IMG/VR virus record: IMGVR_UViG_3300030118_002460 | Coordinates: 22,332 to 86,331 of that record | Reading direction: 5' to 3' (one strand) | From: a virus | DNA length: 64,000 bases | Shown here: one piece after another, positions 10,016 through 20,686 of the stretch | Numbering within the stretch: the first letter of the stretch is position 1 | Layout of the letters: each line of letters begins with the position of its first letter | Notes under the pieces: model-generated | Seen by the model: only the letters and a program-made list of their open reading frames with translations | Database searches by the model: none | What the model was told of the DNA's origin: nothing | Made by a program: the position numbers and the translations under genes

Positions 10016-12067
10016 ATGGCAAATCCAAAGATTAAGTTTAAGCGATCTGGTGTCGCCAATAAGAGACCTACGCTGGCAAATTTAGAGTTAGGCGAGATAG
10101 CTCTAAACACTTATGATGGTAAACTTTTCACCAGACAAGATACTGGTGGTGTTGGTATTGCCACAACAGTTATTGTTGTAAACCCCTGGACAGAGAATTT
10201 TGGTGGAACCCAAGTCACCTATGATGGTGGCATAAATGTAAAAGATATAGTTGTTACTGGTGTAACAACTCTTGGGCAGATTAATGGAACAACTGCCTCA
10301 TTCAGTGGTAATATTTCAGTTGGTGGCACACTTACTTATGAAGATGTAACTAATGTAGATTCAGTTGGATTAATAACTGCCAGAACTGGAATTAATGTTC
10401 TAGCAGGTGGTGTTGATGCAGTTGGTATTTCAACATTCAGCACAGGTATTGGAACAGTCCATATTGGCACTGGCACCACAGCATTAATGGTTGATGGTGA
10501 TGCTAGGATTCTAGGCATCCTGACTGTTGGTAGATCATCTGTTACTATTGATGGTGAGAACAATACAGTTAGTGTTGGTATTGTTACTATTACCAATTCT
10601 GAGGTGGTGCTTGGTAATAATGTTACCATCAATGCAAGTGCAACAGGTATTAACTCTGCACCTAATGTATTCTATGTTGCCAAAGATGGCAATGATACTA
10701 ACAATGGAACATCTATTGATAATGCTTTCCTGACCATCAAGGCAGCAGTTGGAGTAGCACAATCAGGAACAGTTATCAAAGTTCTATCTGGTAACTATGT
10801 TGAAAATAATCCTATCACACTTCCTGCTTTTGTCTCTGTGGTTGGTGATGATTTGAGGAGTGTTAAGGTTCTTCCAAACAATAATACACAAGATATTTTT
10901 CATGTCAATAAAGGATGCAAGTTGGCAAATATGACCTTCTCTGGTCATTTGCATCCCTCTGCTGCTGTTGCTTTCCCAACTGCTGGTGCTACTAATGTTG
11001 GTGGTGGTAAGTGGAAAGGACCATACATTCAGAACTGCACTAGTGACACCACAACAGGCACAGGGATTTTTGTTGATGGTGATAAGGCAGTTAAAACAAA
11101 GTCTATGAATGTGGACTCCTTCACTCAATATAATCAGGGTGGAGTTGGAGTAGCAGTCACTAATGAAGGATACGCTCAGTTAGTATCTGTATTCACTATA
11201 TGTTGCAATAAAGGAGTAAGTGCCCATAAGGGAGGTCAGGCAGATCTTGCTAACAGTAATTCCAGTTTTGGCACATTTGGATTGGTTGCTGATGGTGTCA
11301 GTACAGAGCAGTTTACAGGTATTATCACATCAAGTGGTGCTGCTGGACAAGACAATGTTGTAGTTAATGTTGGTGCAGTCACAACTAGACCATATGATGG
11401 TCAGGTTATCTATTTTGATCAACTGTTCAAGTCAGTAGATACTATCAGCATTACCAATGGTGGTAGTGGATATACCAGCACACCATCTGTAACATTATCA
11501 TCACCAACTGGACCTAATGGTGAAGTTGCCACTGCATTTGCAACTATTGAGGGTGGGGCAGTCACAGAGATAAGTATAATCAGTAGTGGAAGTCAGTACA
11601 CTGAAACTGCAACTGTTACAATCTCTGCTCCTGATTCAGGAACTACTGCCACTGCCACAGCAGTTATGCAAGATATCTACTATACCATAAATAGTTCCAC
11701 TCCTATTACTGCTGGAATAACCACAATAACTCTTGCTGAAAATCTTATTAACACAGTTGGTGTTGGTAGTACAGCATACTTCTTCCAACAGAGTAAAATC
11801 ATTGCAAGTTCTCATACTTTTGAATACATTGGTTCAGGTGATGACATAACATTGGCAACACCCAAGAGAGGTGGAGTTACTATTCAAGAAAATGAAGTTT
11901 TGAGTCAAAATGGAGGAAAGGTTATTTACACCAGTACAGATCAAGCTGGTAATTTCAAGATTGGAGATGACTTCCAGATAAATCAAAACACTGGAACAAT
12001 TAGTGGTAGAGCATTCTCCAAGAGTTTGTTCTCAGAAATCACACCCTTTATTCTAGCTCTGAGTTAA
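10016..12067 (+). CDS. Tail fibre/spike-like protein with probable beta-helix domain
   Basis: KIKFKRS..LELGEIALNTYDGKLF N-terminus; FYVAKDGND.N.G...AFLTIKAA beta-helix start; TSTDQAGNFKIG C-terminus; G/T/S-rich. Confidence 0.8.
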   Translation: MANPKIKFKRSGVANKRPTLANLELGEIALNTYDGKLFTRQDTGGVGIATTVIVVNPWTENFGGTQVTYDGGINVKDIVVTGVTTLGQINGTTASFSGNISVGGTLTYEDVTNVDSVGLITARTGINVLAGGVDAVGISTFSTGIGTVHIGTGTTALMVDGDARILGILTVGRSSVTIDGENNTVSVGIVTITNSEVVLGNNVTINASATGINSAPNVFYVAKDGNDTNNGTSIDNAFLTIKAAVGVAQSGTVIKVLSGNYVENNPITLPAFVSVVGDDLRSVKVLPNNNTQDIFHVNKGCKLANMTFSGHLHPSAAVAFPTAGATNVGGGKWKGPYIQNCTSDTTTGTGIFVDGDKAVKTKSMNVDSFTQYNQGGVGVAVTNEGYAQLVSVFTICCNKGVSAHKGGQADLANSNSSFGTFGLVADGVSTEQFTGIITSSGAAGQDNVVVNVGAVTTRPYDGQVIYFDQLFKSVDTISITNGGSGYTSTPSVTLSSPTGPNGEVATAFATIEGGAVTEISIISSGSQYTETATVTISAPDSGTTATATAVMQDIYYTINSSTPITAGITTITLAENLINTVGVGSTAYFFQQSKIIASSHTFEYIGSGDDITLATPKRGGVTIQENEVLSQNGGKVIYTSTDQAGNFKIGDDFQINQNTGTISGRAFSKSLFSEITPFILALS

Positions 12068-12068
12068 G

Positions 12069-12401
12069 ATGGCACAATTAGCATTAAATAGATTTCAAAC
12101 AGTGACATTGGAAGTCACAAATAGTGAACAGACTGTATATACAGCACCAACTGGATATAGTGCTATTGTTCTCTATGCCCATATTGCTAATCATGGCACT
12201 GTGAATGCTACCACCACTATGAAGCATAAAAGATCTTCTGTTGAGACTGAGATAATTCATCAAGCTGCTGTACCAACTAATGATGCACTTGTCCCTATTA
12301 CAGGCAAGTTGGTGTTAGAAACCAATGATTCAATCAGAATTATTGGAAGTGATAATAATACATTAAAAGTAATTTTAAGTATCTTGGAGACTGCTAACTA
12401 A
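12069..12401 (+). CDS. Small putative virion protein accompanying the fibre gene
   Basis: VYTAPTGY..IVL and GKLVLE.ND motifs; tightly packed after the fibre gene. Confidence 0.65.
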   Translation: MAQLALNRFQTVTLEVTNSEQTVYTAPTGYSAIVLYAHIANHGTVNATTTMKHKRSSVETEIIHQAAVPTNDALVPITGKLVLETNDSIRIIGSDNNTLKVILSILETAN

Positions 12402-12778
12402 TGCCTTACATAGTATCCCAAGGTGGCAACACAACCACAGCACCTCAACTTACACTTGATGCTGGTATTGTAAATTCTGGTATTCTAACTACCACTACTA
12501 CCAATGAATCAACTTTGGTTGAGGTGCATTCAGGGTCATATCGTTCAGTTCAATTTCAGATTCAGGCACAGGAAGGAGGAAATATTAATGCAACTACTAT
12601 CAATGTAGTACATAATGGTTCAGAAACATTTATGTCTGAATTTGGCACTATCAATGAACCTGTTGGTATAGCAACTTACTCCACTGACCTATCAGGAAAT
12701 CAGATTAGATTGCTAGGATATCCAGCATCAGCAAACTCAACTACCTTCAATGTGGTATATACTGCCCTAAGAGTATAA
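12401..12778 (+). CDS. Small beta-rich putative virion protein
   Basis: YRSVQFQIQ..VVHNG..MSEFG pattern of cyanophage fibre C-terminal domains; TAATG coupling. Confidence 0.6.
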   Translation: MPYIVSQGGNTTTAPQLTLDAGIVNSGILTTTTTNESTLVEVHSGSYRSVQFQIQAQEGGNINATTINVVHNGSETFMSEFGTINEPVGIATYSTDLSGNQIRLLGYPASANSTTFNVVYTALRV

Positions 12779-12781
12779 ATA
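12774..12781 (+). promoter_or_regulatory. T4-type late promoter TATAAATA
   Basis: Exact gp55 consensus, 24 nt upstream of the 12805 start. Confidence 0.75.
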
Positions 12782-12804
12782 TAAAGAGACTCTCTGTTAG
12801 CACT

Positions 12805-14115
12805 GTGACTATTAACGAAAATCTTAGAGATTGGTTTGGCAAAGGACCCAAAGGTGGTGCTGGTGGCGGTGGATGGGATCGCTACAATACCAAGGGTGAA
12901 AGAGTTGGCAAATGTGCACGTGAAGACAAGGATGGTGATGGTAAAGGTGATGGACCTAAACCAAAATGCTTATCCAGAGAGAAAGCAGCAAGCATGTCCA
13001 AAGCAGAGAGAGGTGCTTCTGTAAGACGCAAGAGAGCAAAGGATTCTAATCCAGACAGAAAGGGAGCAGCAATTAACGTGAACACCAAATCTAAAAAGAA
13101 AACAACAAGTGAAGGGAAAGAGCATCCTAAGAATGTAAAAGGAATTGCAAAAGAACTGGACAAAGCAGTTGAGATGCATAAGAGTCAGGCAAAAAGATTG
13201 AGAAAGGCAGATATCTCTGAGGGTGAGGGTAAGAAGGATGCTTGTTATCATAAGGTGAAAGCATCTGCAAGTGTATGGCCCTCTGCTTATGCTTCTGGTC
13301 GTCTGGTTCAGTGCCGTAAGAAAGGTGCCAAGAACTATGGTAAGTCCACAAAGAAAGAAGGGTTCCTGGAACTGCCTGAGTTTTCACAAATTCAGATTGA
13401 TGCTATGAGAAAGGCAGGCATTGAAGTTGAAATTGTGGATGAGGACTGCTGGGATGGGTATGAGAAAAAGGGTATGAAGACTATGTTTGGTAAAAGATAC
13501 CCAAACTGTGTCAAAAAGAAAAAGACCAAGAAAGAAGAAGTAGATACAGAGGGTGAAATTATTAACGAGAATGAGAAAGAATGTCACAAGTGCCTTGGTG
13601 AAGGTTGCAGATATTGTGATGGAACAGGTACAATTGATGAGGCAGTAAGAATGCCTTCACAACAGGGAAATGTCTATCTTGTTGGTTTCCAATGGAGAGG
13701 CAAGTACATGATGATGAAGATTTTCTTCCCAGAGGTTAAGAGACCCAGTAGAGATGAAGTTCAATCTGCTCTTGAAAAGATCTACCCTGGTTGCCGTGTT
13801 ATGAGATATGACATGGCACCATACCAACCTGGTGACACTTACTTGAATATTGGTGAAGAATTAGAAGAGGCTGCTGCCTGGACTAAGAAATCTGGTAAAA
13901 ATGAAAAAGGAGGTTTGAATGAAAAAGGTAGAAAGTCGTATGAACGTGAAAACCCAGGAAGCGATCTTAAGGCACCTTCAAAAAAAGTTGGAAATCCTAG
14001 GAGAGCGTCTTTTTGTGCGAGAATGAAAGGTATGAAGAAGAAGTTGACTTCTTCTAAGACTGCTAATGATCCTGATAGCAGGATTAATAAATCTCTTAGA
14101 GCTTGGAATTGCTGA
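12805..14115 (+). CDS. Lysine-rich modular late protein (putative internal head polyprotein)
   Basis: 436 aa ORF (GTG start) after a late promoter; string of short basic Cys-containing modules. Confidence 0.7.
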   Translation: MTINENLRDWFGKGPKGGAGGGGWDRYNTKGERVGKCAREDKDGDGKGDGPKPKCLSREKAASMSKAERGASVRRKRAKDSNPDRKGAAINVNTKSKKKTTSEGKEHPKNVKGIAKELDKAVEMHKSQAKRLRKADISEGEGKKDACYHKVKASASVWPSAYASGRLVQCRKKGAKNYGKSTKKEGFLELPEFSQIQIDAMRKAGIEVEIVDEDCWDGYEKKGMKTMFGKRYPNCVKKKKTKKEEVDTEGEIINENEKECHKCLGEGCRYCDGTGTIDEAVRMPSQQGNVYLVGFQWRGKYMMMKIFFPEVKRPSRDEVQSALEKIYPGCRVMRYDMAPYQPGDTYLNIGEELEEAAAWTKKSGKNEKGGLNEKGRKSYERENPGSDLKAPSKKVGNPRRASFCARMKGMKKKLTSSKTANDPDSRINKSLRAWNC

Positions 14116-14122
14116 TTAATTT

Positions 14123-15766
14123 ATGAGTGAAATTTATCTTGGTAATCCTAATCTAAAAAAAGCAAATACTCCAATTGAGTTTACTCAAGAACAGATTGAG
14201 GAGTATATTAGATGTAAAAATGATCCTGTATATTTTGCAAGAAACTATGTCCAGATTGTGACTCTGGATCATGGTCTTCAACCTTTCAAGATGTATGACT
14301 TCCAGGAGAAACTGGTAAGGAATTTTCACGAGCATAGATTCAACATCTGTAAGATGCCCAGACAGACTGGCAAATCTACTACTGTTGTCTCTTTCCTTTT
14401 ACACTATGCAGTATTCAATGATAGTGTTAACATTGGCATCCTAGCAAACAAAGCATCCACTGCTAGGGAACTTCTCAGTAGACTGCAAATTGCATATGAG
14501 AACTTACCTAAATGGATGCAGCAGGGTATTTTATCATGGAACAAAGGTTCATTGGAGTTGGAAAATGGCAGTAAGATATTGGCAGCTTCTACGTCTGCAA
14601 GTGCTGTCAGAGGCATGTCGTTTAACATTCTCTTCCTCGACGAGTTTGCCTTCGTTCCAAACCATATTGCGGATGCCTTCTTTGCATCTGTTTATCCTAC
14701 TATTACTTCTGGTAAATCAACAAAAGTAATTATTGTCTCAACGCCTCATGGCATGAACCACTTCTACAGGATGTGGCATGATGCAGAGAAAAAAAGAAAT
14801 GAATATGTCCCCACTGATGTTCACTGGTCAGAAGTGCCAGGAAGGGATAGTAAATGGAAAGCACAGACTATTGCAAACACATCTGAGCAGCAGTTCAAGA
14901 TTGAGTTTGAGTGTGAATTTTTAGGATCTGTTGACACACTGATTGCAGCAAGTAAGTTGAAGTCGCTAATATACGAGCAACCACTTCAAAGGAATGCTGG
15001 ACTAGATGTATATGAAGGGTCTAGAGATAAACATGATTACGTTGTCACTGTTGACGTTGCACGTGGTGTTGGTAATGACTACAGTGCTTTTATTGTTGTT
15101 GACATAACAGAGTTCCCACATAAGGTAGTGGCAAAGTATAGAGACAATACTATCAAACCAATGCTATTCCCTAGTGTGATCTATGAGGTAGCAAAGAAAT
15201 ATAATGAGGCATTCATTTTATGTGAGGTAAATGATGTTGGTGATCAGGTTGCCTCTATCTTACAATATGATTTGGAGTATCAGAATATATTGATGTGCTC
15301 TATGAGAGGTAGATCAGGTCAAGTTGTTGGTCAAGGATTTTCTGGCAGTAAGACCCAATTGGGTGTTAAGATGTCCAAGACTGTAAAGAAGGTTGGTTCA
15401 CTCAATCTCAAAACAATGATTGAGGAGAACAAGTTGATATTCTGTGATTATGAGATTATCTCTGAATTGACTACCTTTATATCCAAGCATAACTCATTTG
15501 AAGCAGAGGAGGGTTGTAATGATGACCTTGCTATGTGTCTGGTCATTTATGCTTGGTTGGTTGCACAAGATTACTTTAAGGAGTTGACTGATCAAGATGT
15601 CAGAAAGAGATTATACGAAGAACAAAAAGATCAAATTGAGCAAGACATGGCACCCTTTGGTTTTATTAATGATGGACTTGATGATAATAGTTTTGTGGAT
15701 TCAGAGGGAGACAGGTGGACTACAGCAACCTACGGAGAAATGTCCTACATGTGGGACTACCAGTGA
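14123..15766 (+). CDS. gp17: Terminase large subunit gp17
   Basis: YLGNPNLKK, PRQTGKST (Walker A), LFLDEFAF (Walker B), VDVARG, NDDLAM nuclease motifs. Confidence 0.98.
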   Translation: MSEIYLGNPNLKKANTPIEFTQEQIEEYIRCKNDPVYFARNYVQIVTLDHGLQPFKMYDFQEKLVRNFHEHRFNICKMPRQTGKSTTVVSFLLHYAVFNDSVNIGILANKASTARELLSRLQIAYENLPKWMQQGILSWNKGSLELENGSKILAASTSASAVRGMSFNILFLDEFAFVPNHIADAFFASVYPTITSGKSTKVIIVSTPHGMNHFYRMWHDAEKKRNEYVPTDVHWSEVPGRDSKWKAQTIANTSEQQFKIEFECEFLGSVDTLIAASKLKSLIYEQPLQRNAGLDVYEGSRDKHDYVVTVDVARGVGNDYSAFIVVDITEFPHKVVAKYRDNTIKPMLFPSVIYEVAKKYNEAFILCEVNDVGDQVASILQYDLEYQNILMCSMRGRSGQVVGQGFSGSKTQLGVKMSKTVKKVGSLNLKTMIEENKLIFCDYEIISELTTFISKHNSFEAEEGCNDDLAMCLVIYAWLVAQDYFKELTDQDVRKRLYEEQKDQIEQDMAPFGFINDGLDDNSFVDSEGDRWTTATYGEMSYMWDYQ

Positions 15767-15996
15767 TGGACTTCAATGAGCAAATCAAATTAGGGCATTT
15801 GCTCCTTGATACTAGAAAATGTAGATCTTGTGGAGAAGTGAAAAATTTGATTGAAAGTTTTTACAGGACAAGAAGAGATAGAGGACCAGTTGCATCTTCT
15901 TATTCATATGAATGTAAAGAATGTACTATCAAAAGAGTATTAGAGCAGAAGAGAAAAAGAGACCCATTTGTGGACTGGAACTACCCAGATTGGTAG
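15766..15996 (+). CDS. Small zinc-finger protein (CxxC...CxxC)
   Basis: TGATG coupling at 15764-15768; RKCRSCGEVK...YECKECT. Confidence 0.7.
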   Translation: MDFNEQIKLGHLLLDTRKCRSCGEVKNLIESFYRTRRDRGPVASSYSYECKECTIKRVLEQKRKRDPFVDWNYPDW

Positions 15997-16076
15997 TTCA
16001 CCACATGTTTCCCCACTGAAAATGCCATTTTTCCTAAATATTTTTTAGTTAAACTGAGACATTTTAGGAGAAAAAC

Positions 16077-18278
16077 ATGGCGACTCCTCAATTATCTCCT
16101 GGTGTAATTATCAGGGAGGTTGATCTAACAGTTGGAAGAGCTGATAATGTTTTAGATAATATTGGTGCAATTGCTGGTCCTTTCACACAGGGTCCAGTTG
16201 ATGAACCAACTGACATCAACACACAGGGCGAACTTCTACAAGTTTTTGGTGAACCACAAAGTAATGATAGACAGTATGAGTACTGGTTGACAGCTTCTGA
16301 ATATCTAACCTATGGAGGAGTCCTTAAGGTTGTAAGAACAGATGGTGACAATCTTAGAAACTCCAATGCAGGTGTGGGTATTGCATCAACTACAACTCTT
16401 AAGATCAAGAGTTATGAAGACTATACTCTCAACTATGAGACAGCAACAGACTTTAACTTTGCTTCAAGGAACCCTGGTTCATATGCAGATGGTCTGAAAG
16501 TTTGTGTCATTGACAATGCAGCAGACCAGACTCTGGGTATCAACACAACCAGTCTTGCTGATTCAAACATCATTGTAGGTAATGGTGTTACAGCAGCACT
16601 TTCAAGTGCAGTCATTCCTGGTGCAGGTTCCACCTCACTCTTCAATGGTTACATCAAAGGTATCATCACTGGTGTAAGCACTGATGCTACAAATGGTGCT
16701 AGTACTATTGATGTTAGAATTCTGCAAAGAATTTCTAATGATGGAACAGAGACACAGATTGACTATCAGCAGAATGATTCCAACAGGTCTATTGAAGTCA
16801 ATGACTCAATTCAGATCTATAACAATGCTGGTATTCAAACTGGTAAGGAAGCATCACCAGAATCATTCACTGCTGTAACAGCAGTTGACTGGTATGAGCA
16901 ACAGCAACTTGGTCTGACAAACTCAACATTGTTCTGGAAGACTATTGCTCCAAAACCAGTAGACACCAACTATGTTGCATCAAGAAAGGGTAGAAATGAT
17001 GCTCTGCACGTTGCTATTGTTGATGATGAAGGTAAGGTCACTGGTATTCAGGGTAACATCCTTGAAAGATTCACCTTCCTCTCCAAAGCAGTTGATGGTG
17101 AGACAGATGGTGATGCACCCACCAAGTCCTATTATAAGGACTTCATAGCACTGAATTCTAGATACATCTTTGCTGGTAGAAACCTTTCTTCTGGTAATGA
17201 CTCCTACAACAACACCTATCCTGCTGCATCTGGATTTAGTTCAGGTTATGTAGAGGTAACACAAGGTGGTGGTCTTTGGAGTCAAGAAGCACAAGGCATT
17301 CAATTCAACAGCATTGGTAATGTAACTTACACCTTGCTTGGTGGTAAAGACTATGGTGCTAATGAGGGAATGAATGCAACTCTTGGTGATCTGACTACTT
17401 CTTACAATCTGTTCTCTAATAAAGATGAGATTTCACTGGATTACCTGATCATGGGTCCAGGTTGTGGTTCAATTGTTGAGTCACAAGCAAAAGCAAATCT
17501 GCTGATTTCTATTGCTGATCAAAGAAAGGATTGTATTGCTACTATCTCTCCTGATAGAACCAATGTTGTAGGTCAGTCAATTAGTAATGAGCAGCAAAAT
17601 GCACTGGTGAAATTCTTCTCACCACTTACATCATCTTCATACTGTGTATTTGACTCTGGATACAAGTACATGTATGACAGATTCAATAATACTTTCAGAT
17701 ATGTCCCACTTAATGGTGATATTGCTGGATTGATGGTAAGAACAAGCATTGAAGCATTCCCTTGGTTCTCCCCTGCTGGACAACAAAGAGGTACTATCAA
17801 CAATGCTGTTAAGTTGGCATTCAACCCCAACAAAGCACAAAGAGATGTTCTGTATGGTAACAGAATTAACTCTGTAATTAATTCAGCAGGTCAAGGTATT
17901 GTACTGTTTGGTGACAAGACAGGTCTTGGATTCAATTCTGCCTTTGACAGAATCAATGTCAGAAGACTGTTCCTCACTGTTGAGCAAGCACTTGAAAGTG
18001 CAGCAAATGATCAACTCTTTGAACTGAATGATGATGAAACCAGAGCAAACTTCATCAACATTGTTGAGCCATATCTGAGAGATGTTCAATCTCAAAGAGG
18101 CATTGAAGAGTTTATTGTTATCTGTGATAACACCAACAACACGCCTGATGTCATTGACAACAATGAATTCAGAGCAGACATCTTCATTAAGCCTGCCAGA
18201 GCAATCAACTTTGTCACCCTGACATTTGTTGCTACTAGAACTGGAGTAAGCTTTGATGAAGTAGTTGGTTCAGTTTAA
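16077..18278 (+). CDS. gp18: Tail sheath protein gp18
   Basis: LSPGVIIREVDLT, PWFSPAG, FDRINVRRLF, FIKPARAINFVTLTF; AGGAG RBS. Confidence 0.98.
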   Translation: MATPQLSPGVIIREVDLTVGRADNVLDNIGAIAGPFTQGPVDEPTDINTQGELLQVFGEPQSNDRQYEYWLTASEYLTYGGVLKVVRTDGDNLRNSNAGVGIASTTTLKIKSYEDYTLNYETATDFNFASRNPGSYADGLKVCVIDNAADQTLGINTTSLADSNIIVGNGVTAALSSAVIPGAGSTSLFNGYIKGIITGVSTDATNGASTIDVRILQRISNDGTETQIDYQQNDSNRSIEVNDSIQIYNNAGIQTGKEASPESFTAVTAVDWYEQQQLGLTNSTLFWKTIAPKPVDTNYVASRKGRNDALHVAIVDDEGKVTGIQGNILERFTFLSKAVDGETDGDAPTKSYYKDFIALNSRYIFAGRNLSSGNDSYNNTYPAASGFSSGYVEVTQGGGLWSQEAQGIQFNSIGNVTYTLLGGKDYGANEGMNATLGDLTTSYNLFSNKDEISLDYLIMGPGCGSIVESQAKANLLISIADQRKDCIATISPDRTNVVGQSISNEQQNALVKFFSPLTSSSYCVFDSGYKYMYDRFNNTFRYVPLNGDIAGLMVRTSIEAFPWFSPAGQQRGTINNAVKLAFNPNKAQRDVLYGNRINSVINSAGQGIVLFGDKTGLGFNSAFDRINVRRLFLTVEQALESAANDQLFELNDDETRANFINIVEPYLRDVQSQRGIEEFIVICDNTNNTPDVIDNNEFRADIFIKPARAINFVTLTFVATRTGVSFDEVVGSV

Positions 18279-18312
18279 TATTACCAGTTAACTTATAAAC
18301 GAGGAAACAACA

Positions 18313-18948
18313 ATGGCAGACGTAAGAACACTATCTCAATTTAAGAACAGATTGGCGGGTGGCGGTGCCCGCCCCAATCTATTTGAGGTACTCATTCCTT
18401 CATTCCCTAGCGCTGTTGGTGATAGGGTTTGGAGAACAGGTGCTGGTAGAGAAGCACAAACTTTCCAATTCCTTTGCAAGGCAGCACAACTTCCAGCATC
18501 AACAATTGCTGAAGTTCCCATTCCTTTTAGAGGCAGAGTCCTCAAGGTTGCTGGTGATAGAACCTTTGAACCTTGGGTAGTTACCGTCATCAATGATGAA
18601 GACTTCCAACTCAGAACTGCATTTGAGATTTGGATGAATACTATGAGCAAGTTGGATGATGCTACTGGTGTCACCAATCCTTCTTCCTACATGACTGATG
18701 CATATGTCACTCAGTTTGGTAGAGGTAGACAGGCAAATGCAACCAAGAATGTTGGTGGTAAGTCATCTGAACTTAGAACTTACAAGTTCTTTGATATTTT
18801 CCCAACTGAAATCAGTGCAATTGATCTCAACTATGAAAACACTGATACCATTGAGGAATTCCAGGTAACCTTCCAGGTTCAGCACTTCACAATTGGTAAC
18901 TCTGCTCAGGCAAATAGAGCTGCTGCAGGACAGACTCTGATTCAGTGA
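18313..18948 (+). CDS. gp19: Tail tube protein gp19
   Basis: GGGARPNLFEV, FRGRVLKVAGDRTFEPW, IEEFQVTF. Confidence 0.97.
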   Translation: MADVRTLSQFKNRLAGGGARPNLFEVLIPSFPSAVGDRVWRTGAGREAQTFQFLCKAAQLPASTIAEVPIPFRGRVLKVAGDRTFEPWVVTVINDEDFQLRTAFEIWMNTMSKLDDATGVTNPSSYMTDAYVTQFGRGRQANATKNVGGKSSELRTYKFFDIFPTEISAIDLNYENTDTIEEFQVTFQVQHFTIGNSAQANRAAAGQTLIQ

Positions 18949-18983
18949 TAAATAACTAGAACAGAATCTAGTTTACATAGATA

Positions 18984-20660
18984 ATGGCGAAATTATTTGG
19001 TTTCTCAATTGAGAATAATGAAAAAGAATCCCCAGGGGTAGTATCTCCGGTCCCTCCTAATAATCAGGATGGATCGGAGCATTACGTTTCCTCTGGGTTT
19101 TATGGTTCTTATGTGGATATTGAGGGTGTCTATAAAAATGAGAATGAATTAATCAGAAGATATAGATCAATGGCACTCTATCCAGAGTGTGATAGTGCCA
19201 TTGAAGATATTGTAAATGAAGCAATTGTTTCAGATACAAATGACAGTCCAGTAAGTGTTGAATTGTCTAATCTGAAAGCAAGTGATGGCATCAAAAAAAT
19301 CATTAGAGAAGAATTTAAATACATCCTTGAACTTCTTGATTTTGATGCAAAAGCACATGAGATTTTTAGGAATTGGTACATTGATGGGAGACTTTACTAC
19401 AATAAAGTCATTGACCAAAAGAAACCACAAGAGGGTATTCAAGAACTGAGATATATTGATGCATCAAAGATGCGTTATATTCGTCAGGTTAAAAAACCAA
19501 AAGAGAGGGGTGTGGCAATCAATAGGGATAATCCCTCCACATATGACTTCCCTGAAATTGAAGAATATTTCCTCTACAATCCAGGTGGATATCAGACAAA
19601 TACCAATGGATATGGTACTGGTGCTACTGCATCTAATAAAGGAATCAGACTGACTCGTGATTCTGTTACTTATTGCACCTCTGGATTGGTAGATAGAAAC
19701 AAGGGATCAACACTTTCCTGGTTGCATAAAGCAATTAAACCACTCAATCAGTTGATGATGATTGAGGATTCTCTTGTCATTTACAGACTTTCAAGAGCAC
19801 CTGAAAGAAGAATTTTCTACATTGATGTTGGTAATCTGCCTAAGGTAAAAGCAGAACAATACCTTAGAGATGTGATGATGCGTTATAGAAATAAGCAAGT
19901 CTATAATGCAGATACTGGTGAAGTCAGAGATAGCAACAAGCATATGAGTATGCTTGAAGATTTTTGGTTGCCTAGAAGAGAAGGTGGTAGAGGAACAGAA
20001 ATTACCACACTTCCTGGTGGTCAAAACCTTGGTGAAATCACTGACATCAATTACTTCCAGAAGAAACTTTATAGAGCACTGAATGTTCCTGAAACTAGAC
20101 TTCAAGGTGATACTGGTTTCTCAATGGGACGTTCTTCTGAAATCCTCAGAGATGAAATCAAGTTCTCCAAGTTTGTTGGAAGAATGAGAAAGAGATTCTC
20201 TCATATGTTCAATGATATGTTGAAGACTCAACTTATCTTGAAGAATGTGATTACTCCTGAAGATTGGGAGATCATGGAAGATCATATTCAGTATGACTTC
20301 CTTTATGATAATCACTTTGCAGAACTCAAAGAGGCAGAACTTCTTACAGAAAGAATCAACCTTGCAGCTCTGGTTGAACCTTATGTTGGTAAGTATTACT
20401 CTAATGATTATGTTAGAAGGAGAATCTTGCAACAGACTGATGCTGACATCATTGATCAGGACAAACTGATTGAGAAGGAAATCAAGGATGGTGTGATTCC
20501 TGATCCAAATGCAATGCCAGTTGATCCACTGACTGGACAACCTGCTCCACCAGAAATGGGAGGAATTGCACCAAATGGTAGTGGAAATTCTATCAATGGT
20601 GATGGTGGTAAAGTTCCAGTTACACCTGAAATCAAATCACCCACTGGTGGAGAGATCTAA
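18984..20660 (+). CDS. gp20: Portal protein gp20
   Basis: IYRLSRAPERRIFYIDVGNLPK, MLEDFWLPRREGGRGTEITTLPGGQNLG. Confidence 0.98.
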   Translation: MAKLFGFSIENNEKESPGVVSPVPPNNQDGSEHYVSSGFYGSYVDIEGVYKNENELIRRYRSMALYPECDSAIEDIVNEAIVSDTNDSPVSVELSNLKASDGIKKIIREEFKYILELLDFDAKAHEIFRNWYIDGRLYYNKVIDQKKPQEGIQELRYIDASKMRYIRQVKKPKERGVAINRDNPSTYDFPEIEEYFLYNPGGYQTNTNGYGTGATASNKGIRLTRDSVTYCTSGLVDRNKGSTLSWLHKAIKPLNQLMMIEDSLVIYRLSRAPERRIFYIDVGNLPKVKAEQYLRDVMMRYRNKQVYNADTGEVRDSNKHMSMLEDFWLPRREGGRGTEITTLPGGQNLGEITDINYFQKKLYRALNVPETRLQGDTGFSMGRSSEILRDEIKFSKFVGRMRKRFSHMFNDMLKTQLILKNVITPEDWEIMEDHIQYDFLYDNHFAELKEAELLTERINLAALVEPYVGKYYSNDYVRRRILQQTDADIIDQDKLIEKEIKDGVIPDPNAMPVDPLTGQPAPPEMGGIAPNGSGNSINGDGGKVPVTPEIKSPTGGEI

Positions 20661-20686
20661 ATAACAACGAAGTCATTTTATAGACC

